64,000 nt of DNA from Eledone cirrhosa (taxonomy: Eukaryota), in contig OZ024742.1 of the NCBI GenBank assembly GCA_964016885.1, positions 34,348,001 to 34,412,000 of the forward strand, given 5' to 3'. This document shows, piece by piece, positions 27,751 through 40,902 of this stretch (positions within the stretch are counted from its first letter, which is position 1; each line of letters starts with the position of its first letter). The notes beneath the pieces were generated by a model, which saw nothing but the letters and a program-made list of their open reading frames with translations, was not told the origin of the DNA and did not search any database. Position numbers and translations under genes: made by a program.

Positions 27751-28800
27751 GATTCTATATATATTTCCCAGTATATGCTGGCCCAAATAGTCTAATAACA
27801 GAGCATATAAGCCCCACCGATGGAGAGAATGAGCAAATGAGCACCGAAGCCTTTAATTATATTTCCGAGATTTTCAATGGCTGCTGTATTCTATAACATA
27901 CGTGGTGATATATATATTATGGTATTTGCGTTTTTTATAAATTGTATACTTGTGTATATATATGTATATATATACAAAACAAATAGTAGAATGGAAAAAG
28001 AAACCCTCATGTAGAAAATGTTGAAGAGACACCTCTGGTGAAATTTCAAAACATTAATCTATCTACAACTAGTTGAATTACCCGGCGTTGCCCGGGTTAC
28101 TGCTGTTTTTATTCAGATTAGGAAACAATAAATATGAAGAATTTTTTTTTCTCATATTCACTTTACATAAAATATGTCAAAGTTGTAATGATAATAGAAT
28201 TTAGAAATGAAAATCTCTTCAAACCGGTTTTACCATCTTCTTTTCTCAACCAAGAAACCAACAAAAATCACAAAAAGGGAACACAAAAAAAATATATATA
28301 TTAAGAATAGCAAACAGAAATCGTAATACATTTTATGTCGAAAACAAAAAAACAGCCAAAAAACAGTTTTTTTTAAACGGATGATAAAGTACTGTAAAGT
28401 TGTTGGAATAGCCTGATAGAATGAGATGAGCAACAGCCAGAAGCACAGCAGCAGCAGCAGTATTTCGAACTGTCCACCATTTAGGGTCGTAATCTTCAGT
28501 TTCGATATCAGATTTATGAGAGAGGTATATCGTGAATTATTGAGTTTTATCGATTTTTTTGCGTAATTGGGGATCTATTTTAAATATATAAATTCTGCAT
28601 GACCTAATTGAAGCTATTTCGAATATTGATAAATAATTTTCCATTGAAGGAGGTGTTTTTTTTAATCGTATAGAAAAGGAACATGCACACACACTCGCTT
28701 TTATAGATAATGATATATATATATCTGTATGTGAGTGTGTGTATTAGTTTGTATATATATAAACTCTTTTTGTGTTAAATCATCTCAGTGGTAATGCACG

Positions 28801-31800
28801 TTACAGGACCTCTTTGTAGACTATGTTGCAGGTCATACCGTTGGGTGTGTATGAAAAAAGGGAGTCCTTACTCCCAACTCGCGAGCAGGCAACATAAAGT
28901 TGGCCATGAGCAAAGCAGGGCTCTTTTAGATGAATGCTCGCCACGGACAAAGTTTGACCCTGAGATTTGTTTATGGTGATCGCGAAGCAGGGCCTTACGG
29001 GAAACTGATGTCGCCTAAAACCTATCGGGATATCCGTGGTCGAAGGTTGGATGCTTAACCTTGGGATCATGACGGTCTCACCTTTACCACAACCAGTTAA
29101 AATGGTTGCTTCAATGAGATGGTTCGTTATTGATTTGGCTACCATTCGAGTGCCGTTGTACTGTTTTGGGGGGGCGCATGTTACGCATAAGCATAATCGG
29201 ACTGCCGACCTTGAGCTCCAGGGTGTGGGGTGGGAGACCTGGGGGGGGGGGGGGGGGGTTCAAGGCTATTCAAAAACTCTACTGGGTAATCCGTGGTCTC
29301 CTGTGGATCGGTGACGCGGTCTATAGACTTAAAAATTTTCTCTTGGGCTGGAATCATGCCGAGTAGCTCTTCGTTGAGAGCATTAACAGCAGAGTTTTTG
29401 GGGGCTAGGATGGCTCTTGAACTAAGCCAATCTAAGTTAGTGTAGTTAACCTGTAGGTTTGGAAAAACAGCTTCTAAAAGGGCCTGAGGACTGTCAACTA
29501 ACTGTATTACTGACAGATGCCAGCGACACCTCACCCTTTTCGTTGGAAGGAAGTCGGCCTTCCCCTATAGCTAGGATGGCCTGGCCGAATTCAGCAGACG
29601 TGCTGTCCCCGAGCAACTGCGCCCGCATGTTAACGCTCAGGCGGAGTGTCCGAACGATAGGCCAAAGCGTCGACGACTTCAGGCATGCGCGGACTTCATC
29701 AGCCCTTGTCCCTTTGGAGATAACAGGCAGCGTTTGCCTGAAGTCACCCGAAAGCAGTAAAGTCACGCCACCCAAGGGTGCCGAGGAGTTCCTGATATCT
29801 TTTAAACTCCTATCTAATGCCTCCAGAGCACCCTTATGTGCCATGGTGCATTCGTCCCACACAATGAGGCAACATTTTGCGAGAAGTGCCGCTTTGTCGG
29901 AGTGCTTGCTAATGTTGCACGTCGGCGTATCAGTTCGTGCGAGGTCCAACGGAAGCTTAAAGGCAGCTTGAGCCGTCTTCCCTCCAGGCAGAAAGGTAGC
30001 GGCGATCCCCGATGAGGCGACCGCAAGGGCAATCTATTTTTGTTGTCGAAGACGCGCTAAAATGAGGGAGGTAACGAAGGTTTTGCCTGTACCGCCAGAG
30101 GCATCAAGAAAGAAGACACAACCTAATCCATCCAGTGCACTGTCAACGACAGTCTCATAAGCAACCCTTTGCTCGGGAAGAAGCTTACGTTCATTTTCAT
30201 CTAGGAAAGTTGTCCACATGGCGACATCGTAAGATGTCTCCAACAGAATATCTGGACCCAGCACACTAACATTTTCCCTGCTGGCGGCTGGCAAGTCATT
30301 CCCCCTAGTTGAAGGAGCTCTTCTTGGATGGAAATTAGCCCTTGGTTGTAAATGATTTCGGTGAACCCCACTTCTAAAGACGGATTTTGCCGTTTGGTTG
30401 TGCGGAGGAAGTCCTCACACAAATCGTCCCTGTACTTCAGCCAAGGGGCTGAAGGGTTAGCTAAGCCACAATTTTGCAGCAAAATGGCAAACAGTTCCCT
30501 TAATTTCTGTGGGGATTTCAGCAGAGCACCATCGGCGGGGGTCGAGTCCCATTGGGAGTCATCTTCCAAGAGACCAAGCCTAAAGCAGGCTTCTCGAAAA
30601 GTGTTGCAAATTCCCCGTTTACTGTTTTTAAGTCAAAGAAACCTTGCGGCCCCTTGACCTCGTGCAGAAGAATGCGCAGGTGAAAGCATTCAGGTTGGGT
30701 TGGGGGAACCGTGTAGACTCTACCGGGGCAGTCAGAAAATTTAACTCCCGGATGCGATTCAACTGCCTTACCAGTTTTTCGCCGTACCCAGCTATTGCGG
30801 CGCCAAGTGAAGTAGGGCGGCACCTGAGGGTAAATTAGAGTTCTCGCAAAAGCGTCTACGTGACAGAGCTTAAAGAAAGCGGTTAACGTGGTTTCTTGGG
30901 GGTTAGCCGCAACTTGAGCAGCATTTGCGGCCGTAAAGTAAACCCGCTGTCCGTTCTCTAAGTGGACCGCCAGGTTTGTGATTTTGGGGTACCTTTCATG
31001 GATAGAAAAACCAAAAATTCGCCAAAACGCTTCGTTTGTACTTATGTACCGGGCCGATAGGTACTCACTGACCTCGACCCGGTCGGACTGGAGGGCGAAT
31101 GCGGCGGAATCGCAGCCCTTGTTGACGTACTTGCAAACATATTTAATCGATTTAACTGAGCTACAGATTTCACATTAATGTGGGCTTGGAACGTCGAAGT
31201 GAGAAGTGGACAATAGGGGACCACCCATCGATTGTCGACTTGCTTGCCCCTTACAGTGGCAGTAAAACCACCGTCTTCAGGCGACCGGCGCCTGTACAGG
31301 GGATAGCCGTCGTGCCCTGTCTGGGTCTCTGAAACAAATTTCCTAGGGTACCTCTTACTACAGATCCCGTCTTTCTGACACGAATGGTTAGAACCCGGAT
31401 AACAGGGTCCGTGTATCATGGAAGTCGTGACGACGTCGAAGAGTTCTTTGTCCGTGGCAAGGTTGGGGATCTCTGCGTAGATAAATTTGTCGATGTCGTT
31501 GGAGTTGATCTTGTTCTGCAGCCACAGTAACAGATGAATGTGAGGCAGGCCCCGTTTCTGCCATTCTACGGTGTACGTATGGCATCTAGCAGGGCCGAAG
31601 ATGTTCGCTTTTGCACAACATACCTTCATTTTCTGTATGTTCCTCTCGAAAGCCCTCGCTATGAGGTCAAGGCGGTGCTGGTATGACTGCCCTGGAAGGA
31701 GTTCTCGGGTGATCTCATCCGCCTTCGGGTTGCACGTGAAGGTGATGAAGAGGTCAGGACGGCCGTAGGCTCGTACGTAGGTCATGGCGTCCTGAGTCCT

Positions 31801-33766
31801 CTCGTGCATGTACCGAGGTTTCCAGTGAAGGTAGAAGGCAGGATGCAGACCTTTTCCAATGTTTCGGTGATCTCCGTCGTTGGTCAAGCCGTCTCGCAGG
31901 TGTATGTAGCTTTCGCTACGCAGTTGCTGCTGGTGGGTTCGAATGAAGGCCAGTCGTTCTGACTCCATCTTTGCTGCCATATCCACCGAAAATTGGTTCA
32001 GTAGGTCCTGCGATCTGTGCAAACTGTTGAAACAGTTTCTCCGAGGCATGAGTCGGTATGCGTAAAATTCCTTGCAGGACACGGTTTTGGCGGCAGCAAC
32101 GGAGGGCTGGTTTGGCTGGCAGTGTGGAGTCTTGAAGTGGTAGCCGTCCTCGCCGCGGAGGAAAAGTAGAGGGTATTGGAGACTGTCGTAGGATCGGTGT
32201 GTTTCGCGTATTCTGTGGAGGCCAGTAGCACGGTTGGATATGACGATATCCCGGGGGTTCTGCTGGACTCCGTGAAGGGCGACTGCCACCTCGTTGCACG
32301 CGGGCGCGTTGAATCGACGGGCGTGTTCTGTGGATGGTCTTTTGTCGGCATCGATGACAATGTTGAAGTTAGGCAGGTCAGTAGTCTCCAAGGCGTACTT
32401 GAAGCTCTGCGCGTAGCTGTTTTTGGAGTGTAGCATTTGCTGCAGCGCAAGGAGGACGTCTCTATCCAGGTTCTCTCTAGTGCCATCAGCTGGGATGACA
32501 GATGAGCGAATGTCAGCCTGCTTGTTGTAGTCAGCTATGAAGTAAATTTGCAGGAAGGTGGGTTGCGCTGACGGCGCAGGCTGTAGAGGACCGACATAGT
32601 GGTAAACCTGGCCCTGAACCTTAAAGGTTGGCATCCACCCGCTTTCTCGGACAATTTTGGCCCCGAACGAAGTCATCTGGAAGGCGCAGTTGTATTTCCT
32701 TATGTTGCCAAGGAAGTCTGTTGACGTAGACGTCTCTCCGCTAAGAAGTTCTCGCAAAGGTTCTGGAGGGGCAGCCAAAGGAGGAAGTGAAACCTTCCCA
32801 TTAGAGCAGCACAGGCCAGGCGGTCTCCGGGCCACTTCTCTGCACCACAGAATTGGCATATGACATCCATCCTGCCTAGTTGAATGTCCGTACGGTCGGA
32901 GTATTTTACTGTTGGATCGTAGTTGAAAGCCTTCATAAGCCAAGATGACTCATGTGGACTCGTTGTTCCTCTGGCGGTGTCTCTTCGTGCGTTGTTTGTG
33001 TCCAACCGAGCACGGTGGGCTGTTTGATGTTCTGCGGCACGGGAGGCGGCGGTGGATACAGCGTTCTGGGACCTTCGAATGGCTGTCTGTTTCTCGCACT
33101 GGGATGCTCTGGCAGCTGCGGTGGAGGCGGAGTCCTTGGACCTTCGGATGGCTGTCTGTATCTCGGTCTGGGATGCTCTGGCAGCTGCCTTGGAGGCGGA
33201 GACCTTGGACCTTCGGATGGCTGTCTGTATCTCGGTCTGGGATGCTCTGGCAGCTGCGGTGGAGGCGGAGTCCTTGGACCTTCGGATGGCTGTCTGTATC
33301 TCGGTCTGGGATGCTCTGGCAGCTGCCTTGGAGGTGGAGTCCTTGGACCTTCGGATGGCTGTCTCCTGGTCGGTTTCTGCGGCACGGGAGGCGGCGGTTG
33401 AAGCAGCATTCTTTGACCTCTGGTGGCTGTTTGCTGTTTAGTTTCGGAGGCCCTTGCAGCAGCAGTAGTTGCAGCATTCCTAGCCCTACGAAGAGCTCTT
33501 TGGCTGTCACTCTCTGCTGCCCTAGAGGCGGCTGTTGCAACTGCATTCCGACAATTACGAATGGCATGATTCGAAGCGGTAACCGTAGATAGAGAGGCGC
33601 TGGGTTGGGCTGTGCTAGGGGTACTTAAGTTTGAAAGCGAAGTAACAGGGGTTTGTGGCCAAAAATGTAGTCCGGCATCCGTAGACATCTCATTCAATCA
33701 CCTCTTTTTTGAAACAACAGACGATGTTTTCCTACGGCTAAGGGTACTCTTTCTTTTCAATAGCAT
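28801..33766 (-). pseudogene. Helitron Rep (HUH-Y2)/Pif1 helicase, multiple frameshifts
   Basis: Rep: GRPDLFITFTCNP, VEWQKRGLPHIHLLLW, IKYVCKYVNKG. Helicase: DASGGTGKTF, IVWDECTM, SGDFRQTLPV, FAITINKSQGQT, HGQLYVACSRV. The start is approximate. Confidence 0.92.
33040..33420 (-). repeat. 69 bp coding tandem repeat in the Helitron N-terminus
   Basis: About 5 units encoding RRSKDSASTAAARASQTEIQTAI-like 23-mers. Confidence 0.85.
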
Positions 33767-34926
33767 GGTTGCAATAGTACAGTAAACAGTAAAGGGGAAG
33801 CAGGTTTAGAGCAAAGGCAAAAAAGCGAAGGTGATAAGCAGTATTTTGGGGAAGGTAAAAAAAAGTGACAAATTGTTACAATTTTAAGCAAGACAAAAGT
33901 AAACAAAAAACGTACTGGGAATGGCAAAGTCCGAGAGCGAGGTCACAAAATGTAATGCAGTGAGTGTGAAGCACACGTCTACACAGTAGCCTAACCAAGT
34001 AGTAAGTGTAGCGTTTGAAAACCAAAGCTTTGCAGGCCACTCAAATCAACGATAAGAGTCTGCAGAATTTTTTGATAGCAGTCTTGCCAAAACAGAATAA
34101 AAGCTGCCACCTCCAGTCGTCCAGGAAATTTTATTTTTGATTCAAGGCGAAAATGTGTCCACTTCTCGACCGAAAGAAAGCAAAAACTGACTCAACTGGT
34201 GCCAGGTGGTCAGAATTGGCAGGAACTGGTTTGTGTCACGTGAAGCTGTAACTATAGCAACAGTGGTTCCCTCAGTCTCAAAGACCAAAGTAAGTGGAGA
34301 GGGGAAGGTAATGTTACTGTAACACCAACAACGTCTCTCTCTATATTCCTCGCTCAATAAAGAAGGGGGAGGGGGAAGGTAATGTTACTATAGCAACAGT
34401 GGTTCGCTCACTGACCAAAGTGGAGAGGGGAATGTAATATTTCTGTGACAACCAAAACTTCTCTCTCTATCTTCCTCTCTCTCTCTCTAAAGAAGGGGGA
34501 AGGGGAAGGTAATGTTACTATAAGACCTGTTATTCCTGTCTCTCTATATACGAAGTAGAGATTCGACCTCGAGCTTCACTCGCGACCGAATTTCGAAATG
34601 ATTCGAGCACGTCAACAAAATTTAGACTCTTTTCTACCCATATTAGCAAAAAACCGGGTCAAAAAACTCAAAACGAAAAATTTTTCACGCGTGCATAACA
34701 TGCAACCTCATCTCCAGATTTCACCCAAAATAGACAAGAAGGTGGATTGCGGGCCCCTGGGGGGACCTATCAAAAAACAAAGTAGCCTAAGCAATGTAAA
34801 GGGTCATGAGGAGTGATGTATGCAAATTTGAGCGAGATCGGGCGAGCGGTGTAGACGCCAACCTCGAATAATGTAGCATCCGCACACACACAGACAAACA
34901 CACATCCTCTGTTTTATATATATAGA

Positions 34927-34960
34927 TACCGGTTTCTGCATTAAATGCATTTTCAATTGC
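34927..34960 (-). ncRNA. 5' portion of a minimal U3:A8 HHR split by the Helitron
   Basis: GCAA TTGAAAA TGCAT-TTA-ATGCA GAAA CCGG TA. The stem I partner TTGT lies beyond the other Helitron end (28068-28065). Confidence 0.55.
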
Positions 34961-35123
34961 GTATATAGAGAATATTGTTAAGTTGCATATTTGTACAAAT
35001 AGTGAAAAATAATGATAATAACAAAAAAAGAGAAAATAATATATAGAGAAGGGAAGAAAAGATAATTATCAAATACGTAGTCCTTCAGAGAAGAGAGTCA
35101 TTTTGTCAGTCCATCCTTCTCTG

Positions 35124-35255
<132 letters not shown>

Positions 35256-35297
35256 TATATATATATATATATATATATCCATGTATATATATATGTA

Positions 35298-35342
<45 letters not shown>

Positions 35343-35423
35343 GTGTGAATGAAGTAATTCCGTCGGAAAAGTCCAGGAAAAAAGAGTGCTCTATGTAAGC
35401 AACAGAGCTTAATTATTATTATG

Positions 35424-35781
35424 ATGTAATAAACAACATAAGGCAATTATTCCATTTACCAGTGGTTTCTTAAAAGCAAAAGGTTTTGCTTTCAATCCTC
35501 AGAATGAAAAAATCCTGGTTTGTTTATTGAATTTGGATTTTAAAAAACAAAAATACAATCTATATGAAAGTGAGGCTGGAGAAGGAAGAATAGTTTTATT
35601 TTATTTTTCCTATCTTCTTCCTTCTCCAGCCTCACTTTCATATAGATTGTATTTTTGTTTTTTAAAATCCAAATTCAATAAACAAACCAGGATTTTTTCA
35701 TTCTGAGGATTGAAAGCAAAACCTTTTGCTTTTAAGAAACCACTGGTAAATGGAATAATTGCCTTATGTTGTTTATTACAT
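35424..35781. mobile_element. PLE family C palindrome: about 167 bp arms, each with an HHR
   Basis: 35424-35590 is inverted against 35615-35781. HHR TTCATT CTGAGGA TTGAAAGCAAAA-CC-TTTTGCTTTTAA GAAACCACTGGTA AATGGA at about 35697-35755 (+) and 35450-35508 (-). Confidence 0.78.
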
Positions 35782-35787
35782 AATAAT

Positions 35788-35854
<67 letters not shown>

Positions 35855-35924
35855 AGTATATATTTTATATAAAACCCAAATGCCATGTGAAAAACATTTT
35901 GTGCTAGCATTCAAATCCAGGAAG

Positions 35925-36050
35925 TTGCAAAGTGAACCTGTTCACCACACACCTATACTTGTATGCACAGTGAACCTGTTCACCACACACCTATACTTGT
36001 ATGCAAAGTGAACCTGTTCACCACACACCTATACTTGTATGCACAGTGAA
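35925..36050. repeat. About 38 bp tandem repeat, three copies
   Basis: GTGAACCTGTTCACCACACACCTATACTTGTATGCA.A units. Confidence 0.85.
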
Positions 36051-37538
36051 CGGTTTCTTTGCAAGCTCGTTATTTCTTCGCTGGATATTCAATATTTTTC
36101 TTACACGAATTTCAAGCTGTAGTACAGATCTCTGTCTGAAATGACGCGGAGGTGTTATATAAGGGAATGAAACTGTGACAAAGAGTATTTTAATTCATTT
36201 AGTACAGAATCGAATATGATGTTATGATCATAGTCTTAATGAAGTTGTGCAGTCGCAGCGCTGCACTGATTGCACAAACATAAGATCAAAGGCGTGGTGA
36301 TCACATCTTTATATAATGCCATAATATATGTAAGCTTACAATATCTAATATGTCCATCTTTTTTATGGCGTTTTTCATTTCCTATAAGAGTCATCAGGCT
36401 ACTGTTTCTAACTCAATGGAAAACTATGCCGAGATTACAATAAAACATGATAAAGGCCCCTATGTTAGAAGCATGAATATAGTCCTCACTTATTTTATAG
36501 ATATACAATAGATATATAAGCAAGAAGTCTCTATTTGATAATTTAATGCAGCTACAATAAGTCTCAAAAGTATCTGGTTCTAACATTATTATGAATAAAA
36601 GACGTCTTGTACAGTATAGAATAAAAGACATTGTTATTATATAGAATAACATTCGAATGAGAAGATATTCTGACAAAAGCTGTAAAACATGAATTAGTAG
36701 GCACGATATAACACATTAGTAAAATATAGAAGAAGAAGAAAAAACTATGTTGCTAGGGATAGGAATACTAAGTAATAATATAGGTGCTAAACATTGATAA
36801 CATGAATGATAATATAGATTTCTTATACAGAAACAGACGTGTGATGTATGTATTTTCAGTTAAAATAATTGTTTCAATAGAGTAAGGGGTACACATATTT
36901 TCACGTACAGCACGTAAATTAGATATGGAACATTGGCAGAAACATACATGCATACGCCAATACACACATAACTTCAAGCATATATGCATATAAATATGTG
37001 TTGCCTTTTGGTATTCCAGCTGCTATAAAAGGCCAACGAGGTTGGGTGTATCCAAATCCAGTAGACTATCGTAAAATTACAGACAAGGCAAACATATACA
37101 TACATATATATAGACACAAACACATGCACACACCCACAGACACGCGCGCACATAGATATATAGATATACAGTGTGGCCCCACAAAAAAAAAAATGTATAC
37201 ACTCTTCAACAGCATTCTAATAAATATTGCCTTTGTGTGTATATACACACATATCTTCTTAGCTTCGTACGGACGTATAATATCACACACACACACATGC
37301 TTACGCACGTGCACAAGTATAGCTCTTACAACGTGCATAAGCTGGGGGTTTTTTTCCATTTCAGGTAGACGCGCTCCATCATCCACTTTTCTAAAAAATA
37401 AATCATACACAAAACGCCAGCACCAACAGTTTTGCAATAGATGTCAACATGAATGGACCTGTTATTTTTATCTAAAGACATTTTTTCCAATTCCAACCCG
37501 CCCATCCCCTCAATCTATCTTATTTCTCATTCTTTCTT

Positions 37539-37570
37539 CTGATGAAGGACTAGCGTCCGAAACGTTAAAA
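37539..37570 (+). ncRNA. Minimal HHR core of PLE type, weak stem I
   Basis: CTGATGA AGGAC-TAGC-GTCC GAAACGTTA. A degenerate relative lies on the minus strand at about 48675-48703. Confidence 0.45.
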
Positions 37571-37662
37571 CCCTCTTCCTGCTATATAAATCGTTAACCT
37601 AATATATTCCTTCCATATATCGTACCGATTGTATTGTTATTTCTGTTTACCTTTTACATATG

Positions 37663-37694
<32 letters not shown>

Positions 37695-37701
37695 CATGTA
37701 T

Positions 37702-37903
37702 ATAGGAAAATAATAAGGACCCCGACGACTGAGCTCCGGCTGTTTCGACAGCTAGATTTGAACTAACTCAGATCTAGCTGTCGAAACGGCCGGACGTCAG
37801 CCGTCGGGGTCCTGACTCTTTTCCTACTACCCACTCTACTACCCTAAGTATTGAGTACTTTGGTGCGTTATGGACCATCTGGTTCCTTATTAAACTTCCT
37901 TCG

Positions 37904-37906
<3 letters not shown>
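37702..37906 (+). mobile_element. PLE family A (divergent) fold-back fragment in (TA)n
   Basis: Inverted arm 37702-37762, then a sense copy ending CTTCCTTCGTTA(TA)n. Confidence 0.7.
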
Positions 37907-37934
<28 letters not shown>

Positions 37935-37941
<7 letters not shown>

Positions 37942-39272
37942 TAAAATAACAGATTAAAGTTTAAGCAAAGAATCGCTGCTTTCACCCTTAACGGGATCTT
38001 CTGAAACTAACAAAGTCAATCTGTGAACGCAGAAGTGAATATTTAAAAAAACGTTGCAACCGGAGGTAGACAGGAAGACGATACTTTGGTTCGTGGAAAC
38101 ATTCCCTGGCAAAGAACGGGAAAAAACGAATATAATACGTCATTATTTGGAGCGGTGAAAAACAATTACACGCAAAGACAAAACCAAGTTTATGGTATAA
38201 AAGAAGTCGTAGACTAATATTCTATTAGGTGGTTCATAGAGACGTTCTCTAGCAATGAACGGAAAAAACCAAGATAATACGTAATATGTGGAGCGGTGAG
38301 AACAATTGTACGCAAAGACAAAACAACGTAAATGGTATAACTGAAGTCGTAGACTAAAATTCTAACTAGGAAACCGAATGATTCTCGGCTTCAGAGTTAA
38401 GAATAAAGTCAATAAAATACAGAGGCAAATGAAATTAAATAGATACATACACGCATCCATATACGTACATACACAAGCATACGCGAAAACACTCGCCATA
38501 GGTATACAAATACACGCACGTACACAAAAAAAAACAAAAAAAAAACGCACGCACATACAGAACCCACGCAACGCCTGTACCCGCAGGCATACGAATGTAT
38601 ACACCAAAATCACATAAAAATATATATAAAAAAAAAGTATATATATATATTGTGTGTGTGTGCGTGTATACATATAATTAAATAAACGTGTATAAATAAA
38701 TAAATACGTATATAGCAAGCGCACACACATACCTACATATAAATACACTTATGTTCGGAGACGAACGTCAACCAAAACACGAAGTACACATATACACACA
38801 CCCTACATACGTACGAACTCGCATACTCACACAGACGCAAAACTCATGTATACACATAACCAAAAGCATATGTACCAGAAAAAATAAAATATACGCCATA
38901 ACATATACAATCAAATATACGTACGATAAAGTATACGTACCTTCACAAAACATACAGGTAATATATACTTACCTATACAAATAAGTAATGGTATAAACAT
39001 AACATATACTTAGCTACCACATCAAGACGTAAAATATCCGCGTATAGTTCGTACTATCCGTTAGGGTATAATGTGGGGCTGTAATACAGGAAAGTTTTGT
39101 GCAATTTATGTTTACAAGCCGAAATTGCTTTTTTGTTTAAGATGGGGTCTTTGGCGTAGCGTATTTCCAGGGCCTCAGCGGCGCAGAGGTCACATGGTCT
39201 TTTATTTCCGTTATACGATCTAGCCCTAGTTAGGATCTCCCCGTGTAACTTATATTGGGTGTGGTTGTCTTT
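37935..39272 (-). mobile_element. PLE 3' fragment: GIY-YIG C-terminal remnant plus long 3' region
   Basis: ILTRARSYNGNKRPCDLCAAEALEI...ILNKK..SACKH resembles a PLE endonuclease C-terminus. Degenerate HHR CAGAAGA TCCC..GGGT GAAA near 37975-38003; about 140 bp duplication at 38110-38365. Confidence 0.6.
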
Positions 39273-39437
39273 TATAACGAAGGAAGTGTGATAAAGAACC
39301 AGATGAACCATAACAGACCAGAGTACTCGATACTTTGGGTAGTAGAGTGGGTAATAGGAAAATAGTCAGAACCCCGACAAAGAAATAGCTGTCGAAACGG
39401 CTTCAGCTCTGCCGTCGGGGTTCTCACTATTTTCCTA
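39273..39437 (-). mobile_element. PLE family A (divergent) fold-back fragment
   Basis: Minus copy about 39273-39380 plus an inverted arm about 39387-39437 ending CCTA(TA)n. Confidence 0.65.
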
Positions 39438-39443
39438 TATATA

Positions 39444-39547
39444 CAGGGTGTCCACCCCCCAAAAATTATACACACTTCAACAGCATTCTAATAAATATTT
39501 CCTGTACAGGTAATCAAAATATGTATACATTTTTGGGGGACACCCTG
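39444..39547. mobile_element. Tc1/mariner-type MITE
   Basis: TIRs CAGGGTGTCC / GGACACCCTG with TA flanks. A partial relative lies at about 37169-37232. Confidence 0.75.
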
Positions 39548-39938
39548 TATGTAATGTTAAACAATGAAATATCGTTAATTTAGGAAGTAAAATATTAAAG
39601 AGCCAACTAATCGATGTTAGATACGTAAATCGATATCACCATCCTCAATATAGTACATCGTCTCTACAGTGTTCGGAAATAATGGATTTTATTTTAATTA
39701 ATCAAATAATTATGCGGGTCGTCACAGAGAGCGGAACGATGGGAGAATAAATTGAGTTAAAATAATATATATGAGAAAATAGTGAAGTAGATAAATATAT
39801 AGCAACATTATTAAAGATGACATGAAGTGAATGGGATAGTAAATTGTGTAAAGAATGGGTTTGAACTATAGAGATGTTAGGGTAATATCCAGGACAACTT
39901 AAGTAGACATCAACTAATCCGATTGGCAATGTTACTAA

Positions 39939-40170
39939 GCGCATGGCTTAGTGGTTAGAGCATTGGGCTTGCAATCGAAAGGTTGTGAGTTCAATTGTCG
40001 GACCGGGTGAAGTGTTATTTCCTTGAGCAAGACACTTTATTTCACATTGCTCCAGTTTTCTCAGCTGTAGAAATGAGATGATAGGACTGGGGTCCCTATC
40101 ATAAATCACCCAAGGCACCTCCAACGAGATATAACTTGCAGGAAGCCAGCTAAACCTGCATAGGTGTGAG
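39939..40170 (+). mobile_element. tRNA-headed SINE (second family)
   Basis: A box TGGCTTAGTGG, B box GAGTTCAATT, then CCTTGAGCAAGACACTT. Confidence 0.7.
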
Positions 40171-40394
40171 TTGTCACACACACACACACACACACAAACA
40201 CACTAGATTTGGTAAAGAATACCGGTGGGAAGGATGTATTTACCATACACACACATGCACAAACACGCACACACACACACACACGCACAAGCACACATAC
40301 GCACACACACACATACACACATATATATATACAAGTATAGAGAGAATAAGAAAATGCAAAGTAGTTTCAGATGTTAAAGTCCTTTATTGATAAG

Positions 40395-40463
40395 GCTGTG
40401 ATACATATTTCAATGCCGACATTGGCCACGCGATTCCACGCCACCGTGATCTCATCAGACAGC
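40395..40463 (-). ncRNA. Type I HHR
   Basis: Minus strand: GCTGT CTGATGA GAT...ATT GAAA TATGT ATC ACAGC with a 5 bp stem I. Confidence 0.55.
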
Positions 40464-40712
40464 TTCATTACATAATAAGTTTATGTTCTCGAGACCATCC
40501 AAACTAAAACGACTTTGGAAGGGGTAAAAGCTTAAAAAACATAATCTTTGTCCGTTCCCTAGCTCGAGTGTATACGGGACAGTAAACAATGGACGCAAGA
40601 CATGACGGTTGTATATATATACATACATATATATGTTGTGTTAAGTAATACCATAGAAAAGGTAAAGGAAAGAAGAGTGCTGTATGTATTTTACAGAGCT
40701 ACTTATTCACAT

Positions 40713-40893
40713 AATTGTTTCTACTTTTGGGACAAGGCTAGCAATTATCTCAGTGCATTACTGGTACTTTATTTTATCGACCCTGTAAGAATGAAAGGCA
40801 AAGTTAACCTTGTTGGGATTTGAACACAGACTGTAAAGGGACATAACTATGCTGCAAGACACGGCATCTGACTCTCTACCGATACTGCCAATC
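40713..40893 (-). mobile_element. tRNA-derived SINE
   Basis: Family consensus; direct repeat ACTTATT.ACATAAT at both ends. Confidence 0.82.
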
Positions 40894-40902
40894 AACTTAT
40901 TT

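Larger units (their letters stand above)
28069..34926 (-). mobile_element. Full-length Helitron, coding region decayed
   Basis: Minus strand starts TCTATATATATAAAAC and ends with the hairpin ACCCGGGCAACGCCGGGT followed by CTAG. Inserted between host A and T; encodes Rep-helicase. Confidence 0.93.

Noticed and set aside
32945-33592. Long plus-strand ORFs opposite the Helitron
   Set aside because: By-products of the stop-poor 69 bp repeat.
39939-40010. tRNA gene
   Set aside because: A and B boxes are present, but there is no complete cloverleaf or terminator and it continues into a SINE body.
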